Source: an uncultured Solirubrobacterales bacterium (lineage in GTDB: Bacteria; Actinomycetota; Thermoleophilia; Solirubrobacterales; Thermoleophilaceae). Taken from it: a stretch of DNA of 64,000 nucleotides. The position numbers and the translations under genes are program-made. This document shows positions 38,790 through 49,039 of this stretch, one piece after another. The number at the start of each line of letters is the position of its first letter. The first letter of the stretch is position 1. The notes beneath the pieces are model-generated. The model saw nothing but the letters and a program-made list of their open reading frames with translations, was not told the DNA's origin and ran no database searches. The stretch is from assembly GCA_963724115.1 (NCBI GenBank), contig CAVRSX010000002.1, forward strand, positions 578,746-642,745, in the 5' to 3' direction.

Positions 38790-40870
38790 GTGGTCGTCGT
38801 CGCCAGCGATGGCGCTGACGGTACCGCGCTCACCGGCTCCACCGACACCGCCACGACCTTGTACTCCGGACAGCTGGTGTTCACGTCCGAGGACTGGCCG
38901 ATCAGCAGGTTGGTGCGCACCTCCGGGAAGTGGAAGGCCGTGAACACGTGGCCCTTCTCGATCCTGTCGGTCACGTCCACGCCGATCCGCACCTCACCGA
39001 CGCGAGAGCGCAGGCGGACCTCGTCGCCGGCGACCAGGCCGAGCGCGTCCGCGTCCTCGGGATGCATCTCCAGCGTGTCCTCCGACATCAGCGTCAGGTT
39101 CTCGGTGCGCCTGGTCATGGTCCCCGCGTTGTAGTGCTCCAGCCGCCTGCCGGTGACCAGGATCAGCGGGAACTCGTCATCGGCGGCGTCACCGGGCGGC
39201 TTGTAGGGGATCGCCGCGAAGTGGCCGAGGCCACTCTCGGTCTCGAAGCGCTCCTCGTACAGGATCGGCGTGTCGGTGCCGTCGGGGGCCACCGGCCACT
39301 GGAGCCCGTCGCGACCGATCCGCTCGTGCGAGATGCCCGCGTAGCGCGGCGTCATCGCGGCCACCTCGTCCATCACATCGGCCGGCGTCTCGTAGCCCAT
39401 GTCGTAGCCCATGGCCTTGGAGACCGACGTGATGATGTCGAAGTCCGTCCGGGCGCTGCCGGGGGGTGCGGCGCCGGGCTCGACCATCTGCAGCCGTCGC
39501 TCGGCGTTGGTGAACGTGCCCGTCTTCTCCAGAAAGGACGACGCGGGCAGGATCACGTCGGCGAACTTGCTGGTCTCGGTCTCGAAGATGTCCTGGCAGA
39601 CCAGGAAGTCGAGCGAGCTGAGCGCCTTCTCCACGTGCGCGGTGTCCGGGTCCGTCTGGGCCACGTCCTCACCGAAGATGTACATCGCCTTCAGCGAGCC
39701 CTCGATGGCGGCGTCGAACATCTCGGGGATCTTCATGCCGGGCTCGCGCTTCATCGTCACGCCCCAGCGTTGCTCGAACTTCGACGTGACCGCGTCGTCG
39801 GTGACCGGCCTGTAGTCGGTGTAGGTGTCCGGCAGCGCACCGTGGTCGGAGGAGCCCTGGACGTTGTTCTGCCCGCGCAGCGGCAGCAGCGCGGCGCCGG
39901 GCTGGCCGACGTTGCCGGTCAGCAGCGCCAGGTTGCAGATCAGCTGCACGGCCTCCGAGCCGTACAGGTGCTCGGTCACGCCCAGGCCCCAGGAGATGCA
40001 CGCGCGGTCGGCCTGCGCGTACATGTGCGCGGCGGCCACCAGGTGGTCCGCCGGGATGCCGGTGATCTCCCCGACCGACTCCGGCGTGTAGGCCTCGACC
40101 AGCTCGGCGAAGGCGTCGTAGCCCTCGGTGCGCTCGGTGATGAACGCCTCGTCGGCCAGCCCGTCGCGGATGACCACGTGGCACAGCCCGTTCAACAGCG
40201 CGGCGTTGGTGCCGGGGCGCATCGGCAGGTGGATCTGGCCGTAGTCGGAGAGCTCGATCCGCCGCGGGTCGGCGGTGATCAGCTTCAGACCCTTCAGCGT
40301 GGCCTGCTTGATCCGCGCGCCTACGACGGGGTGGCCCTGGGTGGGGTTCACGCCCACCAGCAGCGCCACATCGGCGCGCTCGAAGTCGTCGAACGAGCCG
40401 GTGGCGCCCGACAACCCGAACGCCTTGCGCAGCGCGAACGACGTGGGCGAGTGGCACACGCGCGAGCAGTTGTCGATGTTGTGCGTGCCGATAGCGGCGC
40501 GCATGAAGCGCTGCATCACGTAGCAGTCCTCGTTGGTCCCGCGCGAGGAGGCCAGGCCGGCCAGGGCGTCCGCGCCGTGCTCGGCCTTGATGCGCGTGAA
40601 CCCGTCCACGATCTTGCCGATCGCCTCGTCCCACGAGGCCAGCCGGAAGCCGTCGTTCTCGCGCACCAGCGGTGCGGTCAGGCGATCTCGCGAGCGCGCG
40701 AACTGGTGAGCGAAGCGGCCCTTGACACACGTGTGGCCCTTGTTGGCCGGGCCGTCCAGGGCGGGCGAGATGGAGCGCACGCTGCCATCGACCCGGTGCG
40801 CCTCCAGCCGGCAGCCGACGCCGCAGTAGCCGCACGTCGTGGTGGTGGTCTGCTCGAACCGCCCACTCAT
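38786..40870 (-). CDS. Formate dehydrogenase catalytic (molybdopterin bis-MGD) subunit, Cys type
   Basis: N-terminal 4Fe-4S motif TCGYCGVGC...HTCVKGRF. Active-site region NIDNCSRVCHSPT has Cys and no in-frame TGA. C-terminal MGD-binding domain. ATGA overlap with the upstream Fe-S gene. Confidence 0.85.
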   Translation of the reverse strand: MSGRFEQTTTTTCGYCGVGCRLEAHRVDGSVRSISPALDGPANKGHTCVKGRFAHQFARSRDRLTAPLVRENDGFRLASWDEAIGKIVDGFTRIKAEHGADALAGLASSRGTNEDCYVMQRFMRAAIGTHNIDNCSRVCHSPTSFALRKAFGLSGATGSFDDFERADVALLVGVNPTQGHPVVGARIKQATLKGLKLITADPRRIELSDYGQIHLPMRPGTNAALLNGLCHVVIRDGLADEAFITERTEGYDAFAELVEAYTPESVGEITGIPADHLVAAAHMYAQADRACISWGLGVTEHLYGSEAVQLICNLALLTGNVGQPGAALLPLRGQNNVQGSSDHGALPDTYTDYRPVTDDAVTSKFEQRWGVTMKREPGMKIPEMFDAAIEGSLKAMYIFGEDVAQTDPDTAHVEKALSSLDFLVCQDIFETETSKFADVILPASSFLEKTGTFTNAERRLQMVEPGAAPPGSARTDFDIITSVSKAMGYDMGYETPADVMDEVAAMTPRYAGISHERIGRDGLQWPVAPDGTDTPILYEERFETESGLGHFAAIPYKPPGDAADDEFPLILVTGRRLEHYNAGTMTRRTENLTLMSEDTLEMHPEDADALGLVAGDEVRLRSRVGEVRIGVDVTDRIEKGHVFTAFHFPEVRTNLLIGQSSDVNTSCPEYKVVAVSVEPVSAVPSAPSLATTTT

Positions 40871-41493
40871 GCCAGTAGGTCTAGCAGCGAATGCTCGCTA
40901 ATGGCGTCCGTCGGGCAGGTGTCGGCGCATGCGCCGCAGGACACGCAAGTGGAGTCGGTGAAGCCGGAGTCCAGCCCGGCGGCCACGTTGGTGTCGAAGC
41001 CGCGCCCGGTGGCGGTCAGCGCGAACGCGCCCTGGATCTCGTCGCACGCGCGCACGCAGCGCCCGCACGAGATGCACAGCTCGTGGTGAAAGGACAGGTA
41101 GGGGTGGCGCTCGTCGTGGCGCGGCTCGTGCACCGCGCCGGTCCAGCGCGGCTCGCCGACCTCGAGCCGCTCGGCGACCTCCATCAGCTCGGTGTGCCCG
41201 CCCGGGTGCTGGGGCAGCTCGCTCATCACCAGTTCCACCGTGGCGGTGGCCACTCGCCGCGCGGTGGCGTCGGTGGTGTGCACCTCCATTCCGTCGCTGC
41301 ACGGGGTGGTGCAGGCGGCGATCGGGCCGTCGCTGCCTGCCAGCCCCACCATGCACACGCGGCAGGCGCCGAACGGGACCATGCGCTCGTCGAAGCACAG
41401 CGTGGGCACCCAGCGGTCGGCCATTCGCGCGGCCTCCAACACGGTCGCCCCGTCGGGCACGTCCACGTCGATGCCGTCGACCGTGACCTTCAT
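40867..41493 (-). CDS. NuoG/FdsA-N-terminal-like 2Fe-2S and 4Fe-4S ferredoxin subunit of formate dehydrogenase
   Basis: MKVTVDGIDVDVPDGATVLEAA...CRVCMV (2Fe-2S), CISCGRCVRACDE and CVSCGACADTCPT (4Fe-4S). ATGA overlaps on both sides. Confidence 0.85.
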   Translation of the reverse strand: MKVTVDGIDVDVPDGATVLEAARMADRWVPTLCFDERMVPFGACRVCMVGLAGSDGPIAACTTPCSDGMEVHTTDATARRVATATVELVMSELPQHPGGHTELMEVAERLEVGEPRWTGAVHEPRHDERHPYLSFHHELCISCGRCVRACDEIQGAFALTATGRGFDTNVAAGLDSGFTDSTCVSCGACADTCPTDAISEHSLLDLLA

Positions 41494-43241
41494 GCCGGCT
41501 CCTCCGGGTGGTCGGTGACCGCCTCCTCCTCGGGGCGGCGGTCGCCCTCCGACTGGCGCTCCTGCTCGGGCTGGTCCGGCCCGTCGCCGGCGGTCAGGCC
41601 CAGCTCGCCGGGGAAGAACTCGATCAGCGTGCGGATCGGCGCCGGCATGCCCCCTCCGTGCGCGCACAGCGAGCCCAGCTCCAGCGTCTCCAGTAGCGCC
41701 TCGAGCTTTTCGCGGTCGATGTCGCCGGGCGCCTCGGACATCTCGACCGCCCGCTGGAGCCCGATCCGGCACGGGAAGCACTTGCCACAGCTCTCGTCCG
41801 CGCCGAACTCCAATAGGTGGGTGCACAGCTCGCGGATGTCGGTGGCCTCGTCGAAGGCCAGGATCGAGCCGTGGCCGACCATGCAGCCGTGCTCGGCCAG
41901 GTCGTCGAAGTCCAGCGGCGTGTCCAGCAGCCAGTGCGGCAGCACCCCGCCCAGCGGCCCGCCGATCTGCACCGCCTTGATCTGCTTGCCGTCCTTGAGC
42001 CCGCCGCCCAGCTCGTTGCAGATGTGGGAGACCGGCGTGCCGAACGGGACCTCGAAGATGCCGGGGTTGGCGAACCGCTCGTTCAGGCACACCAACTTCA
42101 CGCCCGGAGTGGCGCCCGGCGCCAGCGCCTTGTAGGCGTCGGCGCCGTTGGCGGCGATATAGGGGGCGTTGCACAGCGTCTCAACGTTGTTGACCACCGT
42201 CGGCTTGCCGTGCCAGCCGCGCTGGGCCGGGAACGGCGGCCTTGCGTTCACCGTGCCGCGCAGACCCTGCAGCGATCCCAGCAGCGCCGTCTCCTCGCCA
42301 ACCACGTAGGAGCCGGCACCTTCCTCCACGTCCACGTGGAAGGAGAAGCCGCTGCCATGGATATCGTCGCCTAGCTCGCCCTCGGCGTATGCGACCTCGA
42401 TCGCGCGGCGCAGGATCGGCGTCGAGTGCGGGTACTCAGAGCGCACCAGCACCAGCCCGTGCTCAGAGCCGACCGCGTACCCGGCCAGCGCCATGCCCTC
42501 CAGCAGCAACCGCGGGCATTGCTCCATCAGGTACTTGTCGATGTAGGAGCCGGGGTCGCCCTCGTCGCCGTTGACGACGATGAGCTTCTCGTCCTCCTCT
42601 GCGTCCTTGGCGAACGACCACTTCGTGCCCGCGGGGAAGCCTGCGCCGCCGCGGCCGCGCAGGTTGGCCTGCTTGACCTCCTCGAGCAGCTCCTCGGGCG
42701 AGTGCCCGGAGAGCGCCCGGCGCAGGCCGCCGAAGGAGCCCTCCGCGAGCAGTACGGGCTCGTCAAGCATCGTGCCGCCGTCGGGCTCGGGCGCCTGCTC
42801 GGCGGCGCCGGAGGCGACCCGCTCCAATGCGCCCGGCCCCGCATCGACCACACCGCCGTCGCGGTAGGCGGGCGAGCTGTGGCAGAAGCCCAGGCACACC
42901 GTGGCGCCGTAGGACAGCGAGCCGTCCTCGGACCTCCCGCCGACATCCACGCCCAGGCGCTCGCCGAGCTCCGCCACGTGGTCGCCGGGGTGGGACGCCC
43001 AGCATGCGGTGCCGGTGCACACCGCCACGTGGCGCTCGCCTCGCGGCTCCACCAGGTCGTCGTAGAAGGTGGAGATGCCGTACACGGCGGCCTCGGGCAG
43101 GCCCGACAGCTCGGCGGCGTGGCGGCGCGCGTCGTCGGTGATCTCCCCGTCGCGCTTCATGGCCTCCTTCAGCACGGCCAGCGCCGTGGGGTGGCCACCG
43201 CCCTCGCGGGCGCGAAGCATCTCGATCAGGTTCTGCGACAT
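41490..43241 (-). CDS. Fused NuoE-like/NuoF-like NAD(H)-binding flavoprotein subunit (FdsG-FdsB type)
   Basis: The N-terminal NuoE-like part (CTGTACW...CLGFC) is fused to a NuoF-like part (LRGRGGAGFPAGTKW, GDEGDPGSY, GEETALLGSL, ESCGKCFPCRIG). Start set at MSQNLIEML (43241). Confidence 0.85.
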   Translation of the reverse strand: MSQNLIEMLRAREGGGHPTALAVLKEAMKRDGEITDDARRHAAELSGLPEAAVYGISTFYDDLVEPRGERHVAVCTGTACWASHPGDHVAELGERLGVDVGGRSEDGSLSYGATVCLGFCHSSPAYRDGGVVDAGPGALERVASGAAEQAPEPDGGTMLDEPVLLAEGSFGGLRRALSGHSPEELLEEVKQANLRGRGGAGFPAGTKWSFAKDAEEDEKLIVVNGDEGDPGSYIDKYLMEQCPRLLLEGMALAGYAVGSEHGLVLVRSEYPHSTPILRRAIEVAYAEGELGDDIHGSGFSFHVDVEEGAGSYVVGEETALLGSLQGLRGTVNARPPFPAQRGWHGKPTVVNNVETLCNAPYIAANGADAYKALAPGATPGVKLVCLNERFANPGIFEVPFGTPVSHICNELGGGLKDGKQIKAVQIGGPLGGVLPHWLLDTPLDFDDLAEHGCMVGHGSILAFDEATDIRELCTHLLEFGADESCGKCFPCRIGLQRAVEMSEAPGDIDREKLEALLETLELGSLCAHGGGMPAPIRTLIEFFPGELGLTAGDGPDQPEQERQSEGDRRPEEEAVTDHPEEPA

Positions 43242-43261
43242 CGGCTCCTCGCGCGCACCGC

Positions 43262-43275
43262 TAGCGTTGACGCTA
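43262..43275. promoter_or_regulatory. Perfect 6-2-6 palindrome TAGCGT-TG-ACGCTA in the 35-bp divergent fdh/moaA intergenic region
   Basis: Read directly from the sequence. It ends 1 nt before the moaA ATG (43277) and lies 21 nt from the fdh-operon start (43241). Confidence 0.4.
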
Positions 43276-43276
43276 C

Positions 43277-44272
43277 ATGAGTCGTGAGCCACTGAGGGAC
43301 GGACACGGACGGCTGATCGAAGACCTCCGGGTCTCGGTCACCGACCGCTGCAACTTCCGCTGCCAGTACTGCATGCCCGCCGACGGCCTGCCGTGGCTGG
43401 ATCGCGACGCAGTCCTGAGCTTCGAGGAGATCGAGCGGCTGGTCTCGCTGCTGGCCCAGATGGGCATCAGCGATCTGCGCCTGACCGGTGGCGAGCCGCT
43501 GGTGCGGCGCGACTTCCCGCTGCTGGCAGGCATGCTCGCGCGCGTGCCCGGGATCGAGGACCTGTCGATCACCACCAACGGCTACCTGCTGGCACGTGAC
43601 GCCGAGGCGCTGGCCAAGGCGGGCGTCAAGCGGCTGAACATCTCGATCGACTCACTCCAGCGCGACCGCTTCTTCGAGATGACCCGGCGCGACGCGCTGC
43701 CCCAGGTGCTGGAGGGCCTGGAGGCCGCCGCCGCCCAGCCCTCGCTGCGCCCGATCAAGGTCAACGCCGTCGCGCTGCGCGGCTTCACCGAGCAGGAAGC
43801 GCTGCCGTTCGCCCGGTTCGCCCGCGAGCGCGACTTCCAGGTGCGCTTCATCGAGTTCATGCCGCTCGACGGCGACCAGGCGTGGACCGCCGACCAGGTG
43901 CTAACCGGCGACGAGCTACGCCAGATCATCCACGCGGTCCACCCCCTCGAGGAGGTCGAGCGCGAACCGTCGGCCACCGCACGCGTCTACCGCTTCACGG
44001 ATAGCGAAGGCGAGATTGGCTTCATCAACCCGGTGTCCGAGCCGTTCTGCTCGGACTGCAACCGCATCCGCCTGACCGCCGAGGGCAAGCTGCGCACCTG
44101 CCTGTTCTCGCTGCACGAGACCGACCTGCGCGAGCCGCTGCGCTCCGGTGCTTCCGACGACGCGCTGGAGCAGATCGTGCGCGACGCCGTGTGGCGCAAG
44201 GAGCTCAAGCACCACGTCGGGGAGAAGGGCTTTCGCCAGCCCGCGCGCAGCATGAGCGCCATCGGTGGCTGA
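43277..44272 (+). CDS. moaA: GTP 3',8-cyclase (molybdenum cofactor biosynthesis protein A)
   Basis: Radical-SAM motif CNFRCQYCMP, LRLTGGEPLVR, and the C-terminal cluster motif CSDCNRIRLTAEGKLRTCLF. Confidence 0.93.
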   Translation: MSREPLRDGHGRLIEDLRVSVTDRCNFRCQYCMPADGLPWLDRDAVLSFEEIERLVSLLAQMGISDLRLTGGEPLVRRDFPLLAGMLARVPGIEDLSITTNGYLLARDAEALAKAGVKRLNISIDSLQRDRFFEMTRRDALPQVLEGLEAAAAQPSLRPIKVNAVALRGFTEQEALPFARFARERDFQVRFIEFMPLDGDQAWTADQVLTGDELRQIIHAVHPLEEVEREPSATARVYRFTDSEGEIGFINPVSEPFCSDCNRIRLTAEGKLRTCLFSLHETDLREPLRSGASDDALEQIVRDAVWRKELKHHVGEKGFRQPARSMSAIGG

Positions 44273-44288
44273 TCGAGGGGCGACCCAG

Positions 44289-44705
44289 ATGACCCCGGAC
44301 GAGATCCGGGAGTTCCTCGGACACGGCACCCGTACCGGCAAGCTGGCCGTGCTCACGCCGTCGGGCCATCCGCACGTGATGCCGATCTGGTTCGTGCTGG
44401 ATGGTGACGACATCGTCTTCAACACCGGCGCGAACACCGTGAAGGGCAAGCACATCCTCCGCGACGGCCGCGTCTCGCTGAGCGTGGACGACCAGACGCC
44501 GCCGTTCTCGTTCGTGCACATCCGCGGCACGGCGGTGGCGCAGGAGGATGCGCCGGATCTGGTCGAGTGGGCCACGCGGATCGGCGCCCGCTACATGGGC
44601 CGGGACCGCGCCGAGGAATTCGGCCGCCGCAACGGCGTGCCGGGCGAGCTGCTGGTGCGCCTCACCCCCGAGCGGGTGATCTCCGAGAAGAACCTGGCGG
44701 ACTGA
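44289..44705 (+). CDS. PPOX-class (pyridoxamine 5'-phosphate oxidase family), probably F420-dependent, oxidoreductase
   Basis: MTPDEIREFLGHGTRTGKLAVLTPSGHPHVMPIWFVLDGDDIVFNT...RVSLSVDD is the PPOX split-barrel pattern. An alternative upstream start at 44265 overlaps moaA. Confidence 0.75.
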   Translation: MTPDEIREFLGHGTRTGKLAVLTPSGHPHVMPIWFVLDGDDIVFNTGANTVKGKHILRDGRVSLSVDDQTPPFSFVHIRGTAVAQEDAPDLVEWATRIGARYMGRDRAEEFGRRNGVPGELLVRLTPERVISEKNLAD

Positions 44706-44706
44706 C

Positions 44707-45294
44707 GTGGGTGCCATGTCCAGCGTCGAGGCCGCCTTCTGCCGCTCGGCGCCGTGGCGCGGCTTCGCCCGTCACGTGGTGCTGCCATGGGTGCTGGGCG
44801 AAAACGACGAGCTGGGTCGCGACGTGCTGGAGATCGGCGGCGGCAGCGGCGCGATGGCCTGCGAGCTGCTGGACCGGCATGCGGGCATCCGCCTGACGCT
44901 TGCCGACATCGACCCGGCAATGGCGGCGGCGGCGCGGCGGCGGCTCGCGCGCTTCGGAGACCGCGCGCGCGTGACCGTGGGAGACGGCACCCGGCTGAAC
45001 TTCCCCGACGACTCGTTCGACGCCGTGTGCTCGTGGCTCATGCTGCACCACACGATCCGCTGGGAAGGTGTTCTGGCCGAGGCGGTGCGCGTGACGCGGC
45101 CCGGCGGGCTGATCGTGGGTTACGACCTGACCGACACCGCCCTCGCGCGGACGGTGCACCGCCTAGACGGCTCCGACTACCGCCTCCTTGGCGCCGCCGA
45201 GCTGGAACGCGAGCTGGGGCGCCTGGGCACCACGGTGCGGGTCGAGCGCGCGCTGGCAGGCACCACGATGCGGTTCCAGGCCCGGGCCGCGTGA
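44707..45294 (+). CDS. Class I SAM-dependent methyltransferase
   Basis: Motif I VLEIGGGSGAM, post-I LADIDP, and FDAVCSWLMLHH. Confidence 0.75.
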   Translation: MGAMSSVEAAFCRSAPWRGFARHVVLPWVLGENDELGRDVLEIGGGSGAMACELLDRHAGIRLTLADIDPAMAAAARRRLARFGDRARVTVGDGTRLNFPDDSFDAVCSWLMLHHTIRWEGVLAEAVRVTRPGGLIVGYDLTDTALARTVHRLDGSDYRLLGAAELERELGRLGTTVRVERALAGTTMRFQARAA

Positions 45295-45629
45295 GCGGGT
45301 ACCGCCTGACGGTGCGCACCGGCGCCAAGGTCGCCAAGCACCGGCACGAGCGTATGGACGAAGCGTTGGCCGAGCTGCGGCGAATCGGCCAGGAGCTGGC
45401 GGACACCGCCGACTCGCGCGTCGTGGGCGGTCGGCTGATGCGCCGGTTCGAGCCGGTCCAGCAGGTGATCGGCCGGGTCGAGCTGCGCGGGCCCGGGGTG
45501 CGTTGCGGCGTCGACGTCCGCGGCGACGGCACGGCCGAGGCTTTCACCGGCCGGATTCAGCGCGCACTGGTACACCAGCAGCCGGGCGAGTCCCCGTACG
45601 ACGCGCTGGCGAGGGAGCTGGGGGTATAA
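45291..45629 (+). CDS. Hypothetical protein (112 aa)
   Basis: GTG start in a GTGA overlap with the methyltransferase stop. Balanced composition. No family recognised. Confidence 0.45.
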   Translation: MSGYRLTVRTGAKVAKHRHERMDEALAELRRIGQELADTADSRVVGGRLMRRFEPVQQVIGRVELRGPGVRCGVDVRGDGTAEAFTGRIQRALVHQQPGESPYDALARELGV

Positions 45630-45636
45630 CGCCGCC

Positions 45637-45963
45637 ATGACCCCGGACGCAGACGACGGCGGCTACCGCGGCAACCGCGTCCCGCTGCCCCGGGGCGCTC
45701 AGCCGCCCCTGCGCGTGTTCGTGAACGGCGTCCGCCAGCAGGACGGCACCGACTACACCGTCGAGGGCGGGGAGCTGGTGTTCACGCGCGAGCTGGCGAA
45801 GGAGCGCGTGGGCTTCTGGCGCTGGACGGCCATGTTCTTCGCCCTGTTCGGCAGCTACGGCCGCAACGACACGGTGGACGTGCACTACAAGATCGACGGC
45901 CGCGACCAGGTGGCCGCGGGGTTGCAGATCGTGCCGCCCGAGGAGCGCGATGGACACCAGTGA
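45637..45963 (+). CDS. Hypothetical protein (108 aa)
   Basis: ATG ORF with one hydrophobic segment ([15 protein letters not shown]). No family recognised. Confidence 0.45.
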   Translation: MTPDADDGGYRGNRVPLPRGAQPPLRVFVNGVRQQDGTDYTVEGGELVFTRELAKERVGFWRWTAMFFALFGSYGRNDTVDVHYKIDGRDQVAAGLQIVPPEERDGHQ

Positions 45964-47566
45964 CGCCGGCTGGGAGCACTTCGCCCGCGCCGAATGGTCC
46001 TCCGCACGAGACGCCTTCGAGGAAGCCCTGGCGGCCGAGCCCGGCGATCCCGAGGCGCTAGACGGGCTGGGCCAGGCACTGTGGTGGATGGGCGACCGCA
46101 GCGCCGGCATCGAGCGCCGGCGCGAGGCGTACGCCGCCTACCAGGAGCGCGGCGACCGCCGGCACGCCGGTGGGCTGGCCACCTACCTGGCCGGCGAGTC
46201 GCGGATAGACGGCCAGCACGCCACGGCCGCCGGATGGCTGGCGCGGGCGCGGCGCCTGCTTGCCGAGATCGGGCCGGTGCCCGAACACGGCTGGCTGGCG
46301 GTCGAAGAAGCCAAGCGCGCCGACGACCCGGCGACGGCCGAGCTCCACGCCCGCGAGGCGTTGCGGGTGGCGCACGAGCTCACTGACCCCGACGTGGAAT
46401 GCATGGCGCTGGCGCAGCTGGGCCGCGTGGTGGTGCGACAGGGGCGCGTCGACGAGGGTGTGGCGTTGCTGGACGAGGCGATGACCGTCGCGCTCGGGGG
46501 CGAGTCCCGCGACCCGCTGGCGTGCGGCGACGCCTGCTGCACCACGCTGGTGGTCTGCGATGGCCTGGCCGACCTGCACCGGGCGACGCAGTGGTGTGAG
46601 GCGGTGGTCGACTTCACCGAACGCCGCCACTTCGTTCCGCTGCAGTCGTGGTGCCGCGCGATCTACGCCGGCGTGCTGGTCCGGGCGGGGGACTGGGAAC
46701 GGGCCGAGGCGGTGCTGTCCGAAGCGCTTCAGGCCCGCCCGGCCCCGAGCAGAGGCGGGGGCCACGTCGTGCCGCTGGCGGTGCTGGCCGAGCTGCGCCT
46801 GCGTCAGGGACGGCTCGAGGAGGCCGAGGAGCTGCTGGACGGCCTGGAGGACGAGCCCGCCGCCCTGGGGCCGTTGGTCACGTTGCACGTCGAGCGGGGC
46901 AACCTGGCGCTGGCCCGCGCGCTACTGGAACGGAGCGACGACGCGGGGGCCGGCGGCGAGCGGCTCGTGCTCTGGGGCACCCTGTCGCTCACGGAGGGCG
47001 ATCTGGCCTCGGCGGCGGCGGTGGCCGAGCGGCTACGGCGGAACGCCGAAGGCCTCGCGCGCGAAGATCTGGTCGCCGAGGCCGCATCGCTGGAGGGACG
47101 GCTGGCCCGAGAGAGGGGTGACCACGCGACCGCTGCGGCCAGCCTCGAGGAGGCCGTCGGCCGGTTCGCCGCCCTGCGATACCCGCTGGAGGAAGGGCGT
47201 GCCCGGCTTGCCCTCGCGGGCATCGTCGCCGGCGACGGCTCGCCGCTTGCGGTCGCCGGCGCCCGTGGAGCGCGCGACACGTTCGAACGCCTCGGAGCGC
47301 GCCGGGACGCCGACCGCGCCGCCGCCCTCCTGCGCGAGCTCGGCGCCTCCGGGCGCACCGCGGTCCGCGGCGACCGCGACACGCTGACCGCGCGCGAACG
47401 CGAGGTGCTGAACCTGATCGCCGAGGGCTTGTCCAACGGCCAGATCGCCGAGCGTCTGGTGATCGCCCCGAAGACCGCCGAGCACCACGTAGGCCGCGTG
47501 CTGGCCAAGCTCGGGATGCCCAGCCGCACGGCGGCGGCCGCGTACGCCCTGCGCGAGGGCCGCTAG
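45950..47566 (+). CDS. LuxR-family transcriptional regulator with an N-terminal TPR-like helical-repeat region
   Basis: C-terminal Lux[48 protein letters not shown]. The upstream part is long, Ala/Leu/Arg-rich and helical-repeat in character. Confidence 0.85.
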   Translation: MDTSDAGWEHFARAEWSSARDAFEEALAAEPGDPEALDGLGQALWWMGDRSAGIERRREAYAAYQERGDRRHAGGLATYLAGESRIDGQHATAAGWLARARRLLAEIGPVPEHGWLAVEEAKRADDPATAELHAREALRVAHELTDPDVECMALAQLGRVVVRQGRVDEGVALLDEAMTVALGGESRDPLACGDACCTTLVVCDGLADLHRATQWCEAVVDFTERRHFVPLQSWCRAIYAGVLVRAGDWERAEAVLSEALQARPAPSRGGGHVVPLAVLAELRLRQGRLEEAEELLDGLEDEPAALGPLVTLHVERGNLALARALLERSDDAGAGGERLVLWGTLSLTEGDLASAAAVAERLRRNAEGLAREDLVAEAASLEGRLARERGDHATAAASLEEAVGRFAALRYPLEEGRARLALAGIVAGDGSPLAVAGARGARDTFERLGARRDADRAAALLRELGASGRTAVRGDRDTLTAREREVLNLIAEGLSNGQIAERLVIAPKTAEHHVGRVLAKLGMPSRTAAAAYALREGR

Positions 47567-48954
47567 CGGATGCCGTTCCCGGCGAACACGCCGTCGGGGT
47601 CGTAGCGGCGCTTGACCGCCACCAGCCGCCGCCACACGTCGTCGGCGTATGCGTCGCGCACCGACCGCCCGGCGTCGAGCGCGTTCACGTAGACGCCCCC
47701 GGTCGCGAACGGGCGCGTGTCGTCCCACAGCCGCCGCACCCACCCGGCCGCCGGCTCCACGGGTTGGTCGCCCGAGCAGCCGATGATCCACGTGAGGGCG
47801 TGCGCGCCGCGGTGGCCGAACGCGGTGGCGCCCGGCGCGACCCGGTCCACGGCCCCGCCCATCCAGGCGGTCATGACGTGCGAGTGCGGCCCCTCGGCGC
47901 GTTCGAAGCCCGCCAGCAGCGTGTCGACGAACTGGTCGGTGACCGCCGGGAGGTAGTGCATGCGGTCGTAGTACTCCCGGCCGTGTGGCGCGGTCTGGTC
48001 GAGCATCGACTGCAGCGCCACGTACGGCATCGGGCCGACCAGGTCGAGGGCCGGGGGCCGCCGCTCGCGCAACGGCGCCAGCACGCGCTCGCCCTCGGTC
48101 AGGTCCCCGCACCAGGCCACGGCGACCACCGCAACCGGGCCACCCTGCAGCTCCGGCGGGAACGGCTCCTCGGGGGGCGCCGTGATCAGCGCCACGAACA
48201 CGGTCAGCTCGTCGGGCGCGTCGGCCATCAGCTCGCGGGCGGACCGCAGGGCGTCGCCGGCCTGCTCCCACGGGTAGACGAGCATCCCGCCGAGGATCTC
48301 GGGGCCCACGCGGTGGGCGCAAAACTCGAAATCGGTGACCACGCCGAAGTCGCCGCCGCCGCCGCTGAGCGCCCAGAGCAGGTCGGAGTGCTCGTGGGCG
48401 CTGGCCCGCACCCTGCGCCCGTCGGCAAGCACCACTCCGGCCGACTGCAGCGAGTCCACCGTCAGACCGTGCCGGCGCATCAGCCAGCCGACACCGCCTC
48501 CGAGCGTGAGCCCGCCCACGCCCGTGTGGGAGATCTGCCCCGCGGGCACGGCGAGGCCGTGCTCCTGGGTGGCCGCGTCCAGCTCGCCGAGCAGCGCGCC
48601 GCCGCCCACGCGCACGAGGGCACGATCGGGATCGACCGACACGTGGTTCAGTGCGCGCAGGTCGATGCACAGCGCGTCATCGCGCACCGACCGGCCGGAC
48701 ACCGAGTGCGCCCCGGCGCGGATGGTGAACGGCAGCCCGCAAGCGCGCGCTGCCACGACGGCCGCCTGCACGTCGTCGGCGTCCGTGGCATATGCGACGG
48801 CCGTCGGGCGGCGGTCGATCGCGCCGTTCCAACCGGCGCGGGCGCCGTCGTAGTCGGGATCGTCCGGCTCGACGACGCGGCCGACGAAACCACGCGCGTG
48901 CAGGCCGGCGGCGATGACAGTGGTGGGGGTGGCGGTGGTGTCCATGACGACCAC
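47563..48954 (-). CDS. FAD-binding (PCMH-type) oxidoreductase with a BBE-like C-terminus
   Basis: [14 protein letters not shown] and [17 protein letters not shown]-binding blocks. C-terminal YVNALD...[18 protein letters not shown] is berberine-bridge-like. Confidence 0.8.
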   Translation of the reverse strand: MVVMDTTATPTTVIAAGLHARGFVGRVVEPDDPDYDGARAGWNGAIDRRPTAVAYATDADDVQAAVVAARACGLPFTIRAGAHSVSGRSVRDDALCIDLRALNHVSVDPDRALVRVGGGALLGELDAATQEHGLAVPAGQISHTGVGGLTLGGGVGWLMRRHGLTVDSLQSAGVVLADGRRVRASAHEHSDLLWALSGGGGDFGVVTDFEFCAHRVGPEILGGMLVYPWEQAGDALRSARELMADAPDELTVFVALITAPPEEPFPPELQGGPVAVVAVAWCGDLTEGERVLAPLRERRPPALDLVGPMPYVALQSMLDQTAPHGREYYDRMHYLPAVTDQFVDTLLAGFERAEGPHSHVMTAWMGGAVDRVAPGATAFGHRGAHALTWIIGCSGDQPVEPAAGWVRRLWDDTRPFATGGVYVNALDAGRSVRDAYADDVWRRLVAVKRRYDPDGVFAGNGIR

Positions 48955-49039
48955 CGTCCCGCGCCCGCGCCGATGGCGCGTCGGGGGTCTCCCCTATTCG
49001 CACCCCCATCCTGTGGGCGATGAAAGTACCCTTCCGCGG

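Noticed and set aside
38930-41089. 719-aa plus-strand ORF across the formate dehydrogenase genes.
   Set aside because: It is antisense to the fdhA and Fe-S subunit genes, which have canonical cluster and MGD motifs. The + strand translation is featureless.
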